Below, piece after piece: positions 17,142-26,718 of a stretch of 64,000 bases of DNA; position 1 is the first letter of the stretch; the number at the start of each line of letters is the position of its first letter. Below the pieces are notes generated by a model. That model ran no database searches. It had not been told where the DNA came from and saw only the letters and a list, made by a program, of their open reading frames with translations. The stretch covers positions 1,344,001 through 1,408,000 of the forward strand of contig CAVSHF010000003.1 in assembly GCA_963727805.1 (NCBI GenBank), in the 5' to 3' direction. Made by a program: the position numbers and the translations under genes. This DNA is from an uncultured Nitrospiraceae bacterium. GTDB lineage: Bacteria; Nitrospirota; Thermodesulfovibrionia; Thermodesulfovibrionales; Dissulfurispiraceae.

Positions 17142-18470
17142 CTAGAAGGGCATAAACTTGGGAAGCCTGAATCCCTTTTTCCCGCCACCTTTTATCATCT
17201 TCATCATCTTACGCATTTCGAGGTATTGCTTGAGGAGCCTATTGACATCGGTAACCGTCGTCCCACTACCAATGGCGATCCTTTTCCTCCTGCTGCCGTT
17301 GATGATCGTATGGTCGTTCCGTTCCTTTTTGGTCATCGAGTTGATGATCGCCTCGATCTTCACGAATTCCCTTTCGTCGACCTTTATGTCCTTCATCGCC
17401 TTCCCCATGCCGGGTATCATGCCGAGGATGTTTTCGATTGACCCCATGGAGCGCAGCTTCTTCAACTGATCCCTTAGGTCATCGAAGGTGAACCTGTCCT
17501 CGACGATCTTCTCCTGGAGCTTCTCGGCCTCCTTCCGGTCAAAGGTATCTTGGGCCTGCTCGATGAAAGAGATGATATCTCCCATGCCGAGTATCCTTTT
17601 TGCGATTCGATCCGGATGAAAGGGTTCGAGCATATCGATCTTTTCGCCCATGCCCATGAACTTTATGGGCTTCCCGGTAACTTGCCGGATCGAGAGGGCA
17701 GCGCCACCCCTTGCATCGCCATCCATTTTGCTTAGGATGACGCCATCGATACCGATAATCTCGTTGAAACTCTTGGCGATATTCACTGCATCCTGGCCGG
17801 TCATTGCGTCGGCAACGAAGAGGACCTCACTGGGATGGGCATTCACCCTCAATTTCCTGAGCTCATCCATCAATTCCTCATCGATATGGAGCCGGCCTGC
17901 GGTATCGATAATCACAATGTCCCGGGCGTCAAGCCTCGATTGTTTCAAGGCGTCAGCACAAAGCGACACAGGATCTTTGTTCTCTTTCGAATAGTAAACA
18001 GGAACATCGACCTGCTTCCCAAGAGTAATCAACTGTTCGATAGCAGCAGGCCTCTTCAGATCAGCAGCAACGAGCATGGGACGCCTACCCTCTTTCTTGA
18101 AAATACGAGCGAGCTTGGCAGATGTTGTTGTCTTTCCTGACCCCTGGAGGCCAACCATCATTATCACGGTGGGAGGATTCGGGGCCAACTTAATTCGTTC
18201 ATTGGCAACACCAAGAAGTGTCGTCAATTCTTCATGGACGATCTTGATGACCTGCTGAGCGGGTGAGAGACTTTCGAGGACTTCATTGCCGACCGCTCTT
18301 TCACGGATGAGCTGAATAAAGTCCTTGACGACTTTAAAGTTGACGTCTGCTTCGAGGAGCGCCAGCCGAACCTCTTTTAGGGCAGCATCAACATCCTCTT
18401 CCTTGAGAAGTCCCCTGCCCCTCAATTTCTTGAATATGGTTTCGAGCTTTTCGCTTAAACTTTCAAACAT
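17142..18470 (-). CDS. ffh: Signal recognition particle protein
   Basis: ALLEADV, GLQGSGKTT, DTAGR, DGDARGG, Met-rich M domain. Confidence 0.98.
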   Translation of the reverse strand: MFESLSEKLETIFKKLRGRGLLKEEDVDAALKEVRLALLEADVNFKVVKDFIQLIRERAVGNEVLESLSPAQQVIKIVHEELTTLLGVANERIKLAPNPPTVIMMVGLQGSGKTTTSAKLARIFKKEGRRPMLVAADLKRPAAIEQLITLGKQVDVPVYYSKENKDPVSLCADALKQSRLDARDIVIIDTAGRLHIDEELMDELRKLRVNAHPSEVLFVADAMTGQDAVNIAKSFNEIIGIDGVILSKMDGDARGGAALSIRQVTGKPIKFMGMGEKIDMLEPFHPDRIAKRILGMGDIISFIEQAQDTFDRKEAEKLQEKIVEDRFTFDDLRDQLKKLRSMGSIENILGMIPGMGKAMKDIKVDEREFVKIEAIINSMTKKERNDHTIINGSRRKRIAIGSGTTVTDVNRLLKQYLEMRKMMKMIKGGGKKGFRLPKFMPF

Positions 18471-18471
18471 A

Positions 18472-19002
18472 CTATTTCTCCTGTCGCTTCAACAGCGGAC
18501 TAATTTCGGATACGAGCCTCTTCGCATAATCACCGCTTATGCCGAGATGCTTGCTAGTGATCTTTCCATCACGGTCGATGATTACCGTCGTCGGGAGTGT
18601 AAAAGCGCCATACTGCTTCATTACCTGTCCGCTATCGATAGCAGCGTCATATGAAAGCCTGTATTCTTTTACAAATGACCTCACCCTCGCCATAGCATCA
18701 GGTCCCTCATCAGCCGCAATGGCGATTATCGCAACTCCTTTATCTTTATAGCGCGCATAAATGGATTGCAATTCAGGAGCTGAGATGCGGCATGGCTCGC
18801 ACCACGTGGCAAAGAATTCCAGAATGACCACCTTCCCCCGATAATCGGCAAGGGACACTTTCTTTCCGCCAATATCTTCGAGAACAAAAAGGGGTGCCGT
18901 GTTGCTGTCGGTCTGCTTCGGATTCTCATGACCCCTTGAACAGGACACTGCCAGCAATATAACGCAAACAAGGGACACCAAATGGACAAGCCGTCTTGTC
19001 AT
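18472..19002 (-). CDS. TlpA/ResA-like thiol-disulfide oxidoreductase lipoprotein
   Basis: Lipobox LAVSC; FFATWCEPC; LPTTVIIDRDG. Confidence 0.87.
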   Translation of the reverse strand: MTRRLVHLVSLVCVILLAVSCSRGHENPKQTDSNTAPLFVLEDIGGKKVSLADYRGKVVILEFFATWCEPCRISAPELQSIYARYKDKGVAIIAIAADEGPDAMARVRSFVKEYRLSYDAAIDSGQVMKQYGAFTLPTTVIIDRDGKITSKHLGISGDYAKRLVSEISPLLKRQEK

Positions 19003-19039
19003 ACCAAGAAGCTGGATTCTAAGCAATCCGGAGAAAGAA

Positions 19040-19369
19040 TTAGGTCAAAAGGGTGTCGATCTTTGATTTCAGCTGAGGCTTTGGAACCGCCCCGACGATC
19101 TGGTCGACTTTTTGCCCATCTTTAAAAAATATAATTGTAGGTATCCCCATGATCTTAAACTTACTTGCTATATCGGAGTTCTCATCGGTGTTAAGCTTTC
19201 CCACCTTGATTTTCCCCGCATAATCCTTTGCAAGCTCCTCAATGGTGGGGGCGACCATCCTGCAGGGACCGCACCATACAGCCCAGAAATCTACCATAAC
19301 GATACCTTTATATTCAGTTACTTCCTGGTCCCATGTAGCACTCGTAAGATTGACGATACCTTCTGCCAT
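19040..19369 (-). CDS. trxA: Thioredoxin
   Basis: VDFWAVWCGPCR, IMGIPT. Confidence 0.96.
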   Translation of the reverse strand: MAEGIVNLTSATWDQEVTEYKGIVMVDFWAVWCGPCRMVAPTIEELAKDYAGKIKVGKLNTDENSDIASKFKIMGIPTIIFFKDGQKVDQIVGAVPKPQLKSKIDTLLT

Positions 19370-19402
19370 ACCAAAGCCTCCTTAGAAATAAATACTTGTT
19401 GA

Positions 19403-19431
19403 ATTATAATGGAACAACCCTCTTTTGTCAA
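19403..19431 (-). promoter_or_regulatory. Consensus sigma70 promoter of trxA
   Basis: TTGACA-N17-TATAAT, exact consensus. Confidence 0.8.
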
Positions 19432-19573
19432 TATTTACAAGCCGTTGTGAAGTGGCACAGCATACGACTTCAGCAGTTAATAACTTCGTATATTTATTTC
19501 GAATTCGTATCTGTGCTTTTACCTCTCGAACACCGGAATTCCTAATCTCCTAAGCTTGAAGGGCTTAGGATAC

Positions 19574-19602
19574 TTTACAATCCCCGTGCAGTCTACTAAA
19601 AT
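19574..19602 (+). promoter_or_regulatory. Putative sigma70 promoter abutting the start codon at 19609
   Basis: TTTACA-N17-TAAAAT, then 6 nt to the ATG; no SD. Confidence 0.6.
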
Positions 19603-19608
19603 TAGTCT

Positions 19609-20814
19609 ATGAAATATCTTGTAATTGGAAATGGTATCGCCGGCACAACAGCATCGCTGAACATCAGAAAATTTGACGCTAACGGCGAAATCACCATCAT
19701 CACCGAAGAGGACCTCCCCCTTTACAGCCGCATCCGGCTCCCTGAATATCTCGCAGGCGCGATCGACGAAAAAAAGCTGCTGCTCTACAATGACCTCTGG
19801 TATGAGCATAACAGGATTACTCTCATCACGAACAACAAGGTGGCCTCAATTGACGCTGGGAAAAAACTGATCTTCCTTAATGGAAATGTGCGAATCCCCT
19901 ATGACAAATTGCTCGTTGCGACCGGCAGCAGAGCATCTGTCCCTGCCCTGAGCGGCGTGGATAAAAAGGGGATATTCACCCTGAGAACGATTGCTGACGC
20001 GCGGAGGATCAAAGAATATGCAGAGAAGGCTGTTAGCATCGTCATCCTCGGTGGCGGAGTCCTCGGGCTCGAGATAGGCAATGCCCTCAGGAACATCGGC
20101 AAATCGGTGACTTTTGTCGAATATTTCCCTCGCCTCTTGCCAAGGCAGATGGATATCGAGGGATCACGCATCTTCAGGGGGAAACTCGAAAGTTACGGAC
20201 TGCGTTTTATTTTCGAAGCCAGGGCCGATCAAGTTCTCGGGAATGATACCGTAGAAGGCCTGATGCTGCTGGACGGCAGGTCTGTGATAGGTCAAATGCT
20301 TATTATTTCCGCAGGCATAATCCCGGAGATATCTCTCTTTAGCACCACGGGCATTGCCCTCGGCAAAGGGGTCCCGGTCAATGACCGCATGGAGACAGAA
20401 TTACCCGATGTCTATGCTGCCGGTGACGTGGTGGAATACCGCGGAACGGTTTATGGTATCTGGCCCGCTGCAGAGAAGCAGGGCGAGGTTGCCGGTATCA
20501 ATATGGCTGGGGGAAACACGAAGTACACTGGGACCACACCGTCACATACTCTAACTGTTGCAGGTATCGAAGTGGTGTCCGCTGGAGAGTTAGACCTTGA
20601 TTGCAAGCTCCCGGCTCTGGTATACAAAGATACGGGGGAAGGTATTTACAGAAAGATGGTTATCAGAGACAACTGTGTTGTGGGCTGCATCTTGTGCGGT
20701 GATACGACGGGAAGAAGAGAAATCATAGCGGCAGTCAAGGAGAGGCGCCCGGTCAAGGACATGCAGGAATCCTTTGAGAAACTAAATTTAATATGGATGC
20801 AGCCACAAGAATAG
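19609..20814 (+). CDS. FAD/NAD(P)-dependent oxidoreductase (NirB N-terminal / NADH:rubredoxin reductase-like)
   Basis: VIGNGIAG, YDKLLVATGS, ILGGGVLGLE, VYAAGD; lacks the NirB BFD and siroheme domains. Confidence 0.85.
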   Translation: MKYLVIGNGIAGTTASLNIRKFDANGEITIITEEDLPLYSRIRLPEYLAGAIDEKKLLLYNDLWYEHNRITLITNNKVASIDAGKKLIFLNGNVRIPYDKLLVATGSRASVPALSGVDKKGIFTLRTIADARRIKEYAEKAVSIVILGGGVLGLEIGNALRNIGKSVTFVEYFPRLLPRQMDIEGSRIFRGKLESYGLRFIFEARADQVLGNDTVEGLMLLDGRSVIGQMLIISAGIIPEISLFSTTGIALGKGVPVNDRMETELPDVYAAGDVVEYRGTVYGIWPAAEKQGEVAGINMAGGNTKYTGTTPSHTLTVAGIEVVSAGELDLDCKLPALVYKDTGEGIYRKMVIRDNCVVGCILCGDTTGRREIIAAVKERRPVKDMQESFEKLNLIWMQPQE

Positions 20815-21161
20815 CTGAAGAGAGGATCAGGAAGGCGATGGAGGAGGGCGAATTCAACAACCTCCCGGGTGCCGGCAAACCGTTCTCCTTCGAAGATGAA
20901 ACGTGGATCCCCGAAGACCTCCGGCTCGCCTATCGCATTCTAAAAAATGCCGGATGTATTCCTCCTGAACTCGAACTGAAAAATGAGATCATCACGCTCA
21001 GAGACCTCATAGAGACGATCGATGACGACAAGGAGACACTTAAACGGCTCAGGCAGCTTAATTTCAAGATTATGAAGTTTAATATGATGCGAGAAAAACC
21101 CCTCTCCCTCGAACAGTTCCCCGAATATGAACAGGCGCTGTTCGACAAGGCAAGGGACTAA
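20793..21161 (+). CDS. DUF1992 (DnaJ-family domain) protein
   Basis: IAEERIRKAMEEGEFNNLPGAGKP, RLAYRILKNAG.IPPE. Confidence 0.85.
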   Translation: MDAATRIAEERIRKAMEEGEFNNLPGAGKPFSFEDETWIPEDLRLAYRILKNAGCIPPELELKNEIITLRDLIETIDDDKETLKRLRQLNFKIMKFNMMREKPLSLEQFPEYEQALFDKARD

Positions 21162-23404
21162 ATTTCAGGTTGTTTCTGCTTTTGTTTTTGCTGAGCGTGG
21201 TAAAGAATCATGTACTCTTTTTCAATGTCTTCATACTGTTGCTCAAGAGCCTTCATTTTCCGGTCTTTCGCCATAAGCTGATCTTCCATCTCAGTTATTT
21301 TTGCCTCGAGTTCAGCAGTTTGCCCTGCTGGCGGCGCAGGCTCCACTAAAATTGCTGTGGGAATGTACTCCTCACCCGCTAAAAGTCTATTCAGCTCCTC
21401 CTCCCAATGCCTGAATTTATCGGAGAGACGGCTTTCCTCTTTTTCAAGGACCATAATATAAGATACAAGCTTACTGGTATCGTCTTCAAGGGCAGCCACA
21501 GAACTGCTGACTTCGTCCATGAGGCCATGAGACTCGGCAATGGCTTTAACCTTATCCTGCTGATCTTTGTTCCTTTGTGGTAGAGCTCCAAGCCGCATCC
21601 GGGCATTTTCGAGTATGTCCTTTACCAACATCAATTCCGCGATTATATTCTTTTGAAAGTCGATAATGCCAAGGAGCTTCTTGATCCTTTCGGACTCCGG
21701 CCCCGTTTCTTCCGCTGGAGCTCCAGTCGAGCCTGTAAGTTCGTCTGACGGCACTGCTTCAGCTGCAACTGCGACTTCAAGGATGTCGGGATCTTTCGCG
21801 ATCCCCGGCATTTCGGGCTTCTCCTCAATCGCCACTGCGTGCTCTTCCTCTTCTATTGTGACTGTTTCGATATTCTCCAAGCTTTCAAGCGGTTTCTGGG
21901 TAGGAAGACCGGAATGCTCACTGAGTGCAGCAAGGTAAAGCGTCCTGTATCTTCTGCCCCGCACAAAAAGAAAGACAGCAAGGGCAATCAGAGTTATGTC
22001 CGTGATCCCGACCAACAGCAGCGTCTTCTCCCAATCGATCTCTTCAGCAGCACGCAATGGGGGCATTGCCTTTTCAGCAGTCTGCGTCTGCACTTGCGCT
22101 AGAACAGCGGGCGGGGCAGAAGGTTCGACTGCCTTGAAAAAAAGGTCCTTCATCCTGTTGAAGGTCTTACCTTCAGCAGATAACTTAACCATGTAATCAC
22201 CCGACTGGGTTGTGGTGAATTCGCCTGCATAGATACCCTCATCAGGGGCAGCCTTCCCGGTAAGCGGTATTTTAAGGCTTTTACTGTCGGGGCCGATTAC
22301 CTCGGCAAAGAAATTGACTTGATCAAGGACGTCTTTTTCTGCAATCCTTTTGTCGTCCTTTTCGAGCCAGGCATCGATGACAACTTTATCCCCCTTGGTA
22401 AGAGCATTCTTCCCAAAGGAGCTTTTAAGCTTAAGGTTCGTCAGAACAAATATCCGGTTACCTTCACGACTGCTGAGTCTCACCTTCCATTTTCCCGCCG
22501 TCGGCTCCTGGACCGTGATCATATCAAAAATATTGGAGCTATACCATTGAATGTTCTTCGCCGATCTTCCCTGAATATTCTTTTTGCCGGAAGGGTCGAT
22601 CAGAACGGTCGTGGTCCCTGCCTTTTTCGTGATAAGAAGGACTGCTTCCCTGATATCCCCGTCGATCGTAAAGGTGTCTCCCTGGAGCGCGACCGAATCA
22701 GGAGATTTTATTTTCTCGAAGATCGAAGCAAACATGATATGGATATCCTTGTCGGTCGCCGCATATCTGAAAAAGCCCCCTGTCTTTTCCGCCATATCGC
22801 TCAGGAGCCCCGAATCGGACAGCTCTGAAAAAGCGACAGTATAGATTTTTATTTCAGCCTTGTTCACTTCAGGCAGCAACTTCATGAGATTTTCGAGAGA
22901 GGCTGCATCCTTCCGGGGATCACCGAGTGCAAGCTTTCCATCGGACATAAGGATTAGGGCCCTATTTTTCCTATTCGAAGACTGAAGCTCTTCAAAACCC
23001 TTTTTCACTGCCCCGGTAATATCTGTCGAGAATTCCCTTGACGTTATTTTTTTGACGGCATTGGAAAACGCGGTCCGATTATTCCTTATATTGGATGTCA
23101 AAGGAATGAGCGTCTTTGCCGAATCGCCGAAGCTGATAAGGCCAGCCTTATCGTCTTCCCCCAAAAGGGATATAAAAAGACGCGCCGCATCTTTTCGGTA
23201 ACTCCGGGGATCGGTTTTCTTCATGCTGCCGGAACTATCTATTAAGAGAATTATGTCAAAACCCTGATCTTCCTTTTGATGCACATCGGATGCAGCGGGA
23301 GGGATTTCCTTCACAACCTTTTTAAGCTCGGCGGAAGGGGCAACGGAGGTCAGGACAAGGAAACCAAGGATAAGCACAACAAATGCCATTCGCCTGTTCT
23401 TCAT
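21158..23404 (-). CDS. Secreted VWA-domain membrane protein with a cytoplasmic coiled-coil tail
   Basis: Signal peptide; MIDAS motif DSSGSM...T...LMSDG; TM helix near aa 465-485; acidic linker and coiled-coil C-terminus. Confidence 0.8.
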   Translation of the reverse strand: MKNRRMAFVVLILGFLVLTSVAPSAELKKVVKEIPPAASDVHQKEDQGFDIILLIDSSGSMKKTDPRSYRKDAARLFISLLGEDDKAGLISFGDSAKTLIPLTSNIRNNRTAFSNAVKKITSREFSTDITGAVKKGFEELQSSNRKNRALILMSDGKLALGDPRKDAASLENLMKLLPEVNKAEIKIYTVAFSELSDSGLLSDMAEKTGGFFRYAATDKDIHIMFASIFEKIKSPDSVALQGDTFTIDGDIREAVLLITKKAGTTTVLIDPSGKKNIQGRSAKNIQWYSSNIFDMITVQEPTAGKWKVRLSSREGNRIFVLTNLKLKSSFGKNALTKGDKVVIDAWLEKDDKRIAEKDVLDQVNFFAEVIGPDSKSLKIPLTGKAAPDEGIYAGEFTTTQSGDYMVKLSAEGKTFNRMKDLFFKAVEPSAPPAVLAQVQTQTAEKAMPPLRAAEEIDWEKTLLLVGITDITLIALAVFLFVRGRRYRTLYLAALSEHSGLPTQKPLESLENIETVTIEEEEHAVAIEEKPEMPGIAKDPDILEVAVAAEAVPSDELTGSTGAPAEETGPESERIKKLLGIIDFQKNIIAELMLVKDILENARMRLGALPQRNKDQQDKVKAIAESHGLMDEVSSSVAALEDDTSKLVSYIMVLEKEESRLSDKFRHWEEELNRLLAGEEYIPTAILVEPAPPAGQTAELEAKITEMEDQLMAKDRKMKALEQQYEDIEKEYMILYHAQQKQKQKQPEI

Positions 23405-23524
23405 ATCTCAACTCCGGTCCGAGATTATCAAATATAAGTATACAACAAAAATATATGTGGTTGTTTGAAAATATCACGTCTCAAATCCTCGACTCTGATG
23501 ATGCCGTTTAAGTTAAAATAAACT

Positions 23525-25402
23525 ATGTCCACAACGACACTATCTCAGGCTTCCGTAGAATTCCTCATAAAAATGGTCGCTGACTCCATGGACTATTACG
23601 AACCTCGCCCGTGCCAGATCGAGATGATGGATGCCTGCGCGCGGACTATCGAAGAAGGCGGTATGCTAATGGCGGAGGCCGGGACAGGCACGGGCAAGAC
23701 CTTTGCCTATCTGGTGCCGAGCATCATCTCCGGGAAAAAAACGATTGTTTCCACAAGGACCATCAACCTCCAGGAACAGCTGGCCCATAAGGACCTCAAA
23801 TTTCTGTCCTCGATTGTCGAGGTCGACTATGCCGTCGCAAAAGGCAGAGGGAACTATCTCTGCCTGAGGCGCCTGAACGCGTTCAGACACGAGACCGATG
23901 AAGAAGAGCGCGAATACCGTTCTATCCTTCAATGGGCATCTGAAACCAAGGATGGAGATGTCGACGACTATGGGGTCGTGCGGTTCTCCCTGTGGGATCG
24001 GATATCGGCCGACCCCGATGCGTGCAAATGGAAGAAGTGCGGCTATTATGGCCAGTGCTTTTATTTCGCGGCTCGTCGACGATGGGCTGCGGCACAGATC
24101 ATTGTTGCCAACCATTCGATCATAGGCATCAACGCCATGCTACCCGAAGACTCGAAACTGTTCCCAGATGCCGAAGTTCTTATTGTCGATGAGGGTCACG
24201 CACTTGATCATGCACTTACCGACCAGATCGGTCTGAACATCTCGAACCGCGTTTTTGACTATGTCTTCAACAAGCTACTCAAGGTGAGCGATAAGGGGAC
24301 ATATAAAGGGCTTCTCTCGCAGTCTCCTAACCTTTTTCCTGCTGTCGAATCGCTGAGGAGCGAGGTCGAGCTATTCTGGATACTGCTCAGAAGGTCCCAT
24401 AGAGACGAGGAGATGATCAGGGGAGCCTTCGAACTCAAAGAACCTCTACTAAAGCTTTCTGAATCCATTCAGGAACTCATCGAAAATATGCGATCGGCGA
24501 CGATGGGACTTTTCGAGGAGGACGAGGAGCTTGAATTAAGGGCTGCCCTCATCAAACTCAATGCCCTTTCCGAGGCCATCGAGCAATTCCCAGAAGGGCT
24601 TCCCGACTATATACGCTGGATCGAGATTGAGGAAAGAAGGACCTCCCTGAGGATGTCGCCGGTCTATCCGCGGGATTTTATCATCAAGAGTATGCTTCCG
24701 GCCCATGAATCGATAATCGTCACTTCGGCCACACTATCAGTTTCGGGTGATTTCAGATTTTATGAACATATACTCGGTCTGGAAAGTGCCGGGAAAAAGG
24801 CGTTCCCCTCTCCTTTCGACCTTGCACGACAGGCAGTGATTGAGATCAGACGGGGCATTGATTTGAGGAATGATCCTCAGAGCATAGGAAGACTTTCGGA
24901 GGTCATTATTGAAGAAGCGTCGAGAAAAGATGGTGGCATCCTCATCCTTTTTACTTCCAGGGATATAATGAAACGAACCTGGGACGTAACCGCTTCAGCT
25001 CTAAGGATACTGGGACATATCGCGATGATGCAGGGCGAGCACCTTCAGAACAGGACCATGCTCGAAATCATGAGGGAGAGCGACAATGCGGTCATCTTCG
25101 GCCTTGACTCTTTCTGGGAAGGGGTAGACATTCGAGGGGATGCGCTCAAATGCCTCATAATCACCAAACTGCCCTTCGAAGTGCCGACAGAGCCGATTAC
25201 GCTTGCACGGACAGAGGACATTGAGCAAAGGGGAGGAAACTCTTTTTATGAATATTCCTTGCCCCGTGCCGTGATTAAGTTCAGACAAGGCTTCGGCAGG
25301 CTTATTAGATCAAAGACCGATACCGGAAGAATTGTCATATGCGACGACCGCATCGAAACGAAAAGATACGGAAAGAAGTTTTTACAGAGCATTCATGGTT
25401 GA
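23525..25402 (+). CDS. DinG/YoaA-family ATP-dependent helicase
   Basis: EAGTGTGKT, KGRGNYLC plus Fe-S Cys cluster, VDEGH, TSATL, FWEGVD, QGFGRLIR. Confidence 0.93.
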   Translation: MSTTTLSQASVEFLIKMVADSMDYYEPRPCQIEMMDACARTIEEGGMLMAEAGTGTGKTFAYLVPSIISGKKTIVSTRTINLQEQLAHKDLKFLSSIVEVDYAVAKGRGNYLCLRRLNAFRHETDEEEREYRSILQWASETKDGDVDDYGVVRFSLWDRISADPDACKWKKCGYYGQCFYFAARRRWAAAQIIVANHSIIGINAMLPEDSKLFPDAEVLIVDEGHALDHALTDQIGLNISNRVFDYVFNKLLKVSDKGTYKGLLSQSPNLFPAVESLRSEVELFWILLRRSHRDEEMIRGAFELKEPLLKLSESIQELIENMRSATMGLFEEDEELELRAALIKLNALSEAIEQFPEGLPDYIRWIEIEERRTSLRMSPVYPRDFIIKSMLPAHESIIVTSATLSVSGDFRFYEHILGLESAGKKAFPSPFDLARQAVIEIRRGIDLRNDPQSIGRLSEVIIEEASRKDGGILILFTSRDIMKRTWDVTASALRILGHIAMMQGEHLQNRTMLEIMRESDNAVIFGLDSFWEGVDIRGDALKCLIITKLPFEVPTEPITLARTEDIEQRGGNSFYEYSLPRAVIKFRQGFGRLIRSKTDTGRIVICDDRIETKRYGKKFLQSIHG

Positions 25403-25411
25403 GGAGGTATT

Positions 25412-25615
25412 ATGAACATAGTTTTTTCTGAAGGCGGTAATGTCCTGATCGACTTCGAAATCGCAAAAGATTCCCATGTCTATTTCAATAATGGCATCAT
25501 CGATTTTTACCGGGAATGGGAAGAACTTCCAGCTCATAGCGGAGAAAAATTCCTGAAGATCGCAGAATTGGTATATCAGACGCTCAATGCTGAATTAATG
25601 AAACTGACGAAATAA
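25412..25615 (+). CDS. Hypothetical protein (67 aa)
   Basis: Strong GAGGAGG SD right after the helicase stop. Confidence 0.65.
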   Translation: MNIVFSEGGNVLIDFEIAKDSHVYFNNGIIDFYREWEELPAHSGEKFLKIAELVYQTLNAELMKLTK

Positions 25616-25723
25616 CATAGACTAATATCGTTGCTATTACAACCAATTCCGACTCCATATCAGGTTTGATTCGCTGATAATAATAGGGCAGCAATGAGAA
25701 TCTACATCCTGAGCAACATTTTT

Positions 25724-25766
25724 TGTGAGCAAGGTCACATATTAGAACTCAAAATTAACCTAGAAT
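25724..25766 (+). promoter_or_regulatory. CRP/FNR-family (CRP/HcpR-type) site with a class II promoter
   Basis: TGTGA-gcaagg-TCACA (25724-25739) and -10 TAGAAT (25761-25766); site centre about -41.5 from the predicted TSS at ~25773. Confidence 0.65.
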
Positions 25767-25840
25767 TAAATTAGGCAGCTGGCTGACGCTGTCAAGATTT
25801 CGTAAAATGAAGCACTGCAGCACAGCAAGGAGGCATAGAC

Positions 25841-26026
25841 GTGGTATTACCGAACTTAGGATTGTTTTCAATAGGCGCTATCGCACTTTGTATCGGCGTT
25901 GTCATCTCCGTTAAAGACTATGCAAGCAAACAACTGAAATGTAAAAAATGTGGCGCAAAAGAAATGCGCACAAGAGCTGGGCATTTAGTATGTAAAAATG
26001 GTCATAAAATCATAATAGGCAAATAA
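25841..26026 (+). CDS. Small membrane protein with a C-terminal Zn-ribbon-like motif (61 aa)
   Basis: AAGGAGG SD plus GTG; N-terminal TM helix; CKKC-x12-CKNGH. Confidence 0.65.
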   Translation: MVLPNLGLFSIGAIALCIGVVISVKDYASKQLKCKKCGAKEMRTRAGHLVCKNGHKIIIGK

Positions 26027-26445
26027 GACAGCTGCATTAGCTTTAGTAGTCAAGCACGAAATAGAAGTCAAGCAAATGCAGTTGGCTATGGCATTCCTCA
26101 TAGCAGGAGAAGAGGGTTATTTTGTTATGACATGCATCACATCCCGCTCATTAGAGCGCAAATCGTACCACTTTGCATAACACCTGTCAATGTTATAAAA
26201 GATCTTGCTATTAGAGGACATTATCATATTGCCGTAACCTGTTATAAAAGATCGGTTCTCCAGAGAAATGAATTGTTATATTTCAGGTTTAGTTTTCTCG
26301 TTGAAATGCCTAATCCAACTCGACTGATGCATCTTTTAGTGACTAACATCACCAAATGCGAAATATCATCACTTTGGGTCTTACCTTCTGATATAAAATG
26401 AGCTATGATAATGATACGAAGAACCGAACTTGGGAGGGTAGCAAT

Positions 26446-26718
26446 ATGTTTATAAGAGTTGTATACCACGACAATACATACGATGCTATTCCTGCTTTTA
26501 TCCTCCAACTCGGCATCGATTGCAAAAAGGTCAAAATGTTTTATCGCAATTCCGAAAGAAGATGGATTACTGTGGGCGTAGATCCCATGAGAAAGACAGC
26601 GCAGATATTAGCTCCTCCTGCTGGCGCTGAAAGACGTGCTCCTCAGATCTTCGAAAGACCTCTTTTACGGAACAGGATCGCATGCCAGCTCAGCGAAATT
26701 AATAAGCAACTTTCCTGA
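26446..26718 (+). CDS. GSU3473-family small protein
   Basis: GGGAGG SD; MFIRVVYHDNTYD...F...WITVGVDPMR...GAERR, a pattern recalled for this family. Confidence 0.7.
   Translation: MFIRVVYHDNTYDAIPAFILQLGIDCKKVKMFYRNSERRWITVGVDPMRKTAQILAPPAGAERRAPQIFERPLLRNRIACQLSEINKQLS

Noticed and set aside
19446..19460. TGTGA..CACA as a CRP site, or TGGCAC as a sigma54 promoter
   Set aside because: Half-site spacing is wrong and there is no -12 GC at the required distance.
23525..25615. DinG as part of a type IV CRISPR or other defence system
   Set aside because: It is a housekeeping Fe-S YoaA/DinG type. I see no cas genes and no repeat-spacer array anywhere in the window.
26132..26508. ORFs 26132-26401 (+) and 26242-26508 (-)
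   Set aside because: No SD and no motifs; they overlap the promoter region of the GSU3473-family gene.
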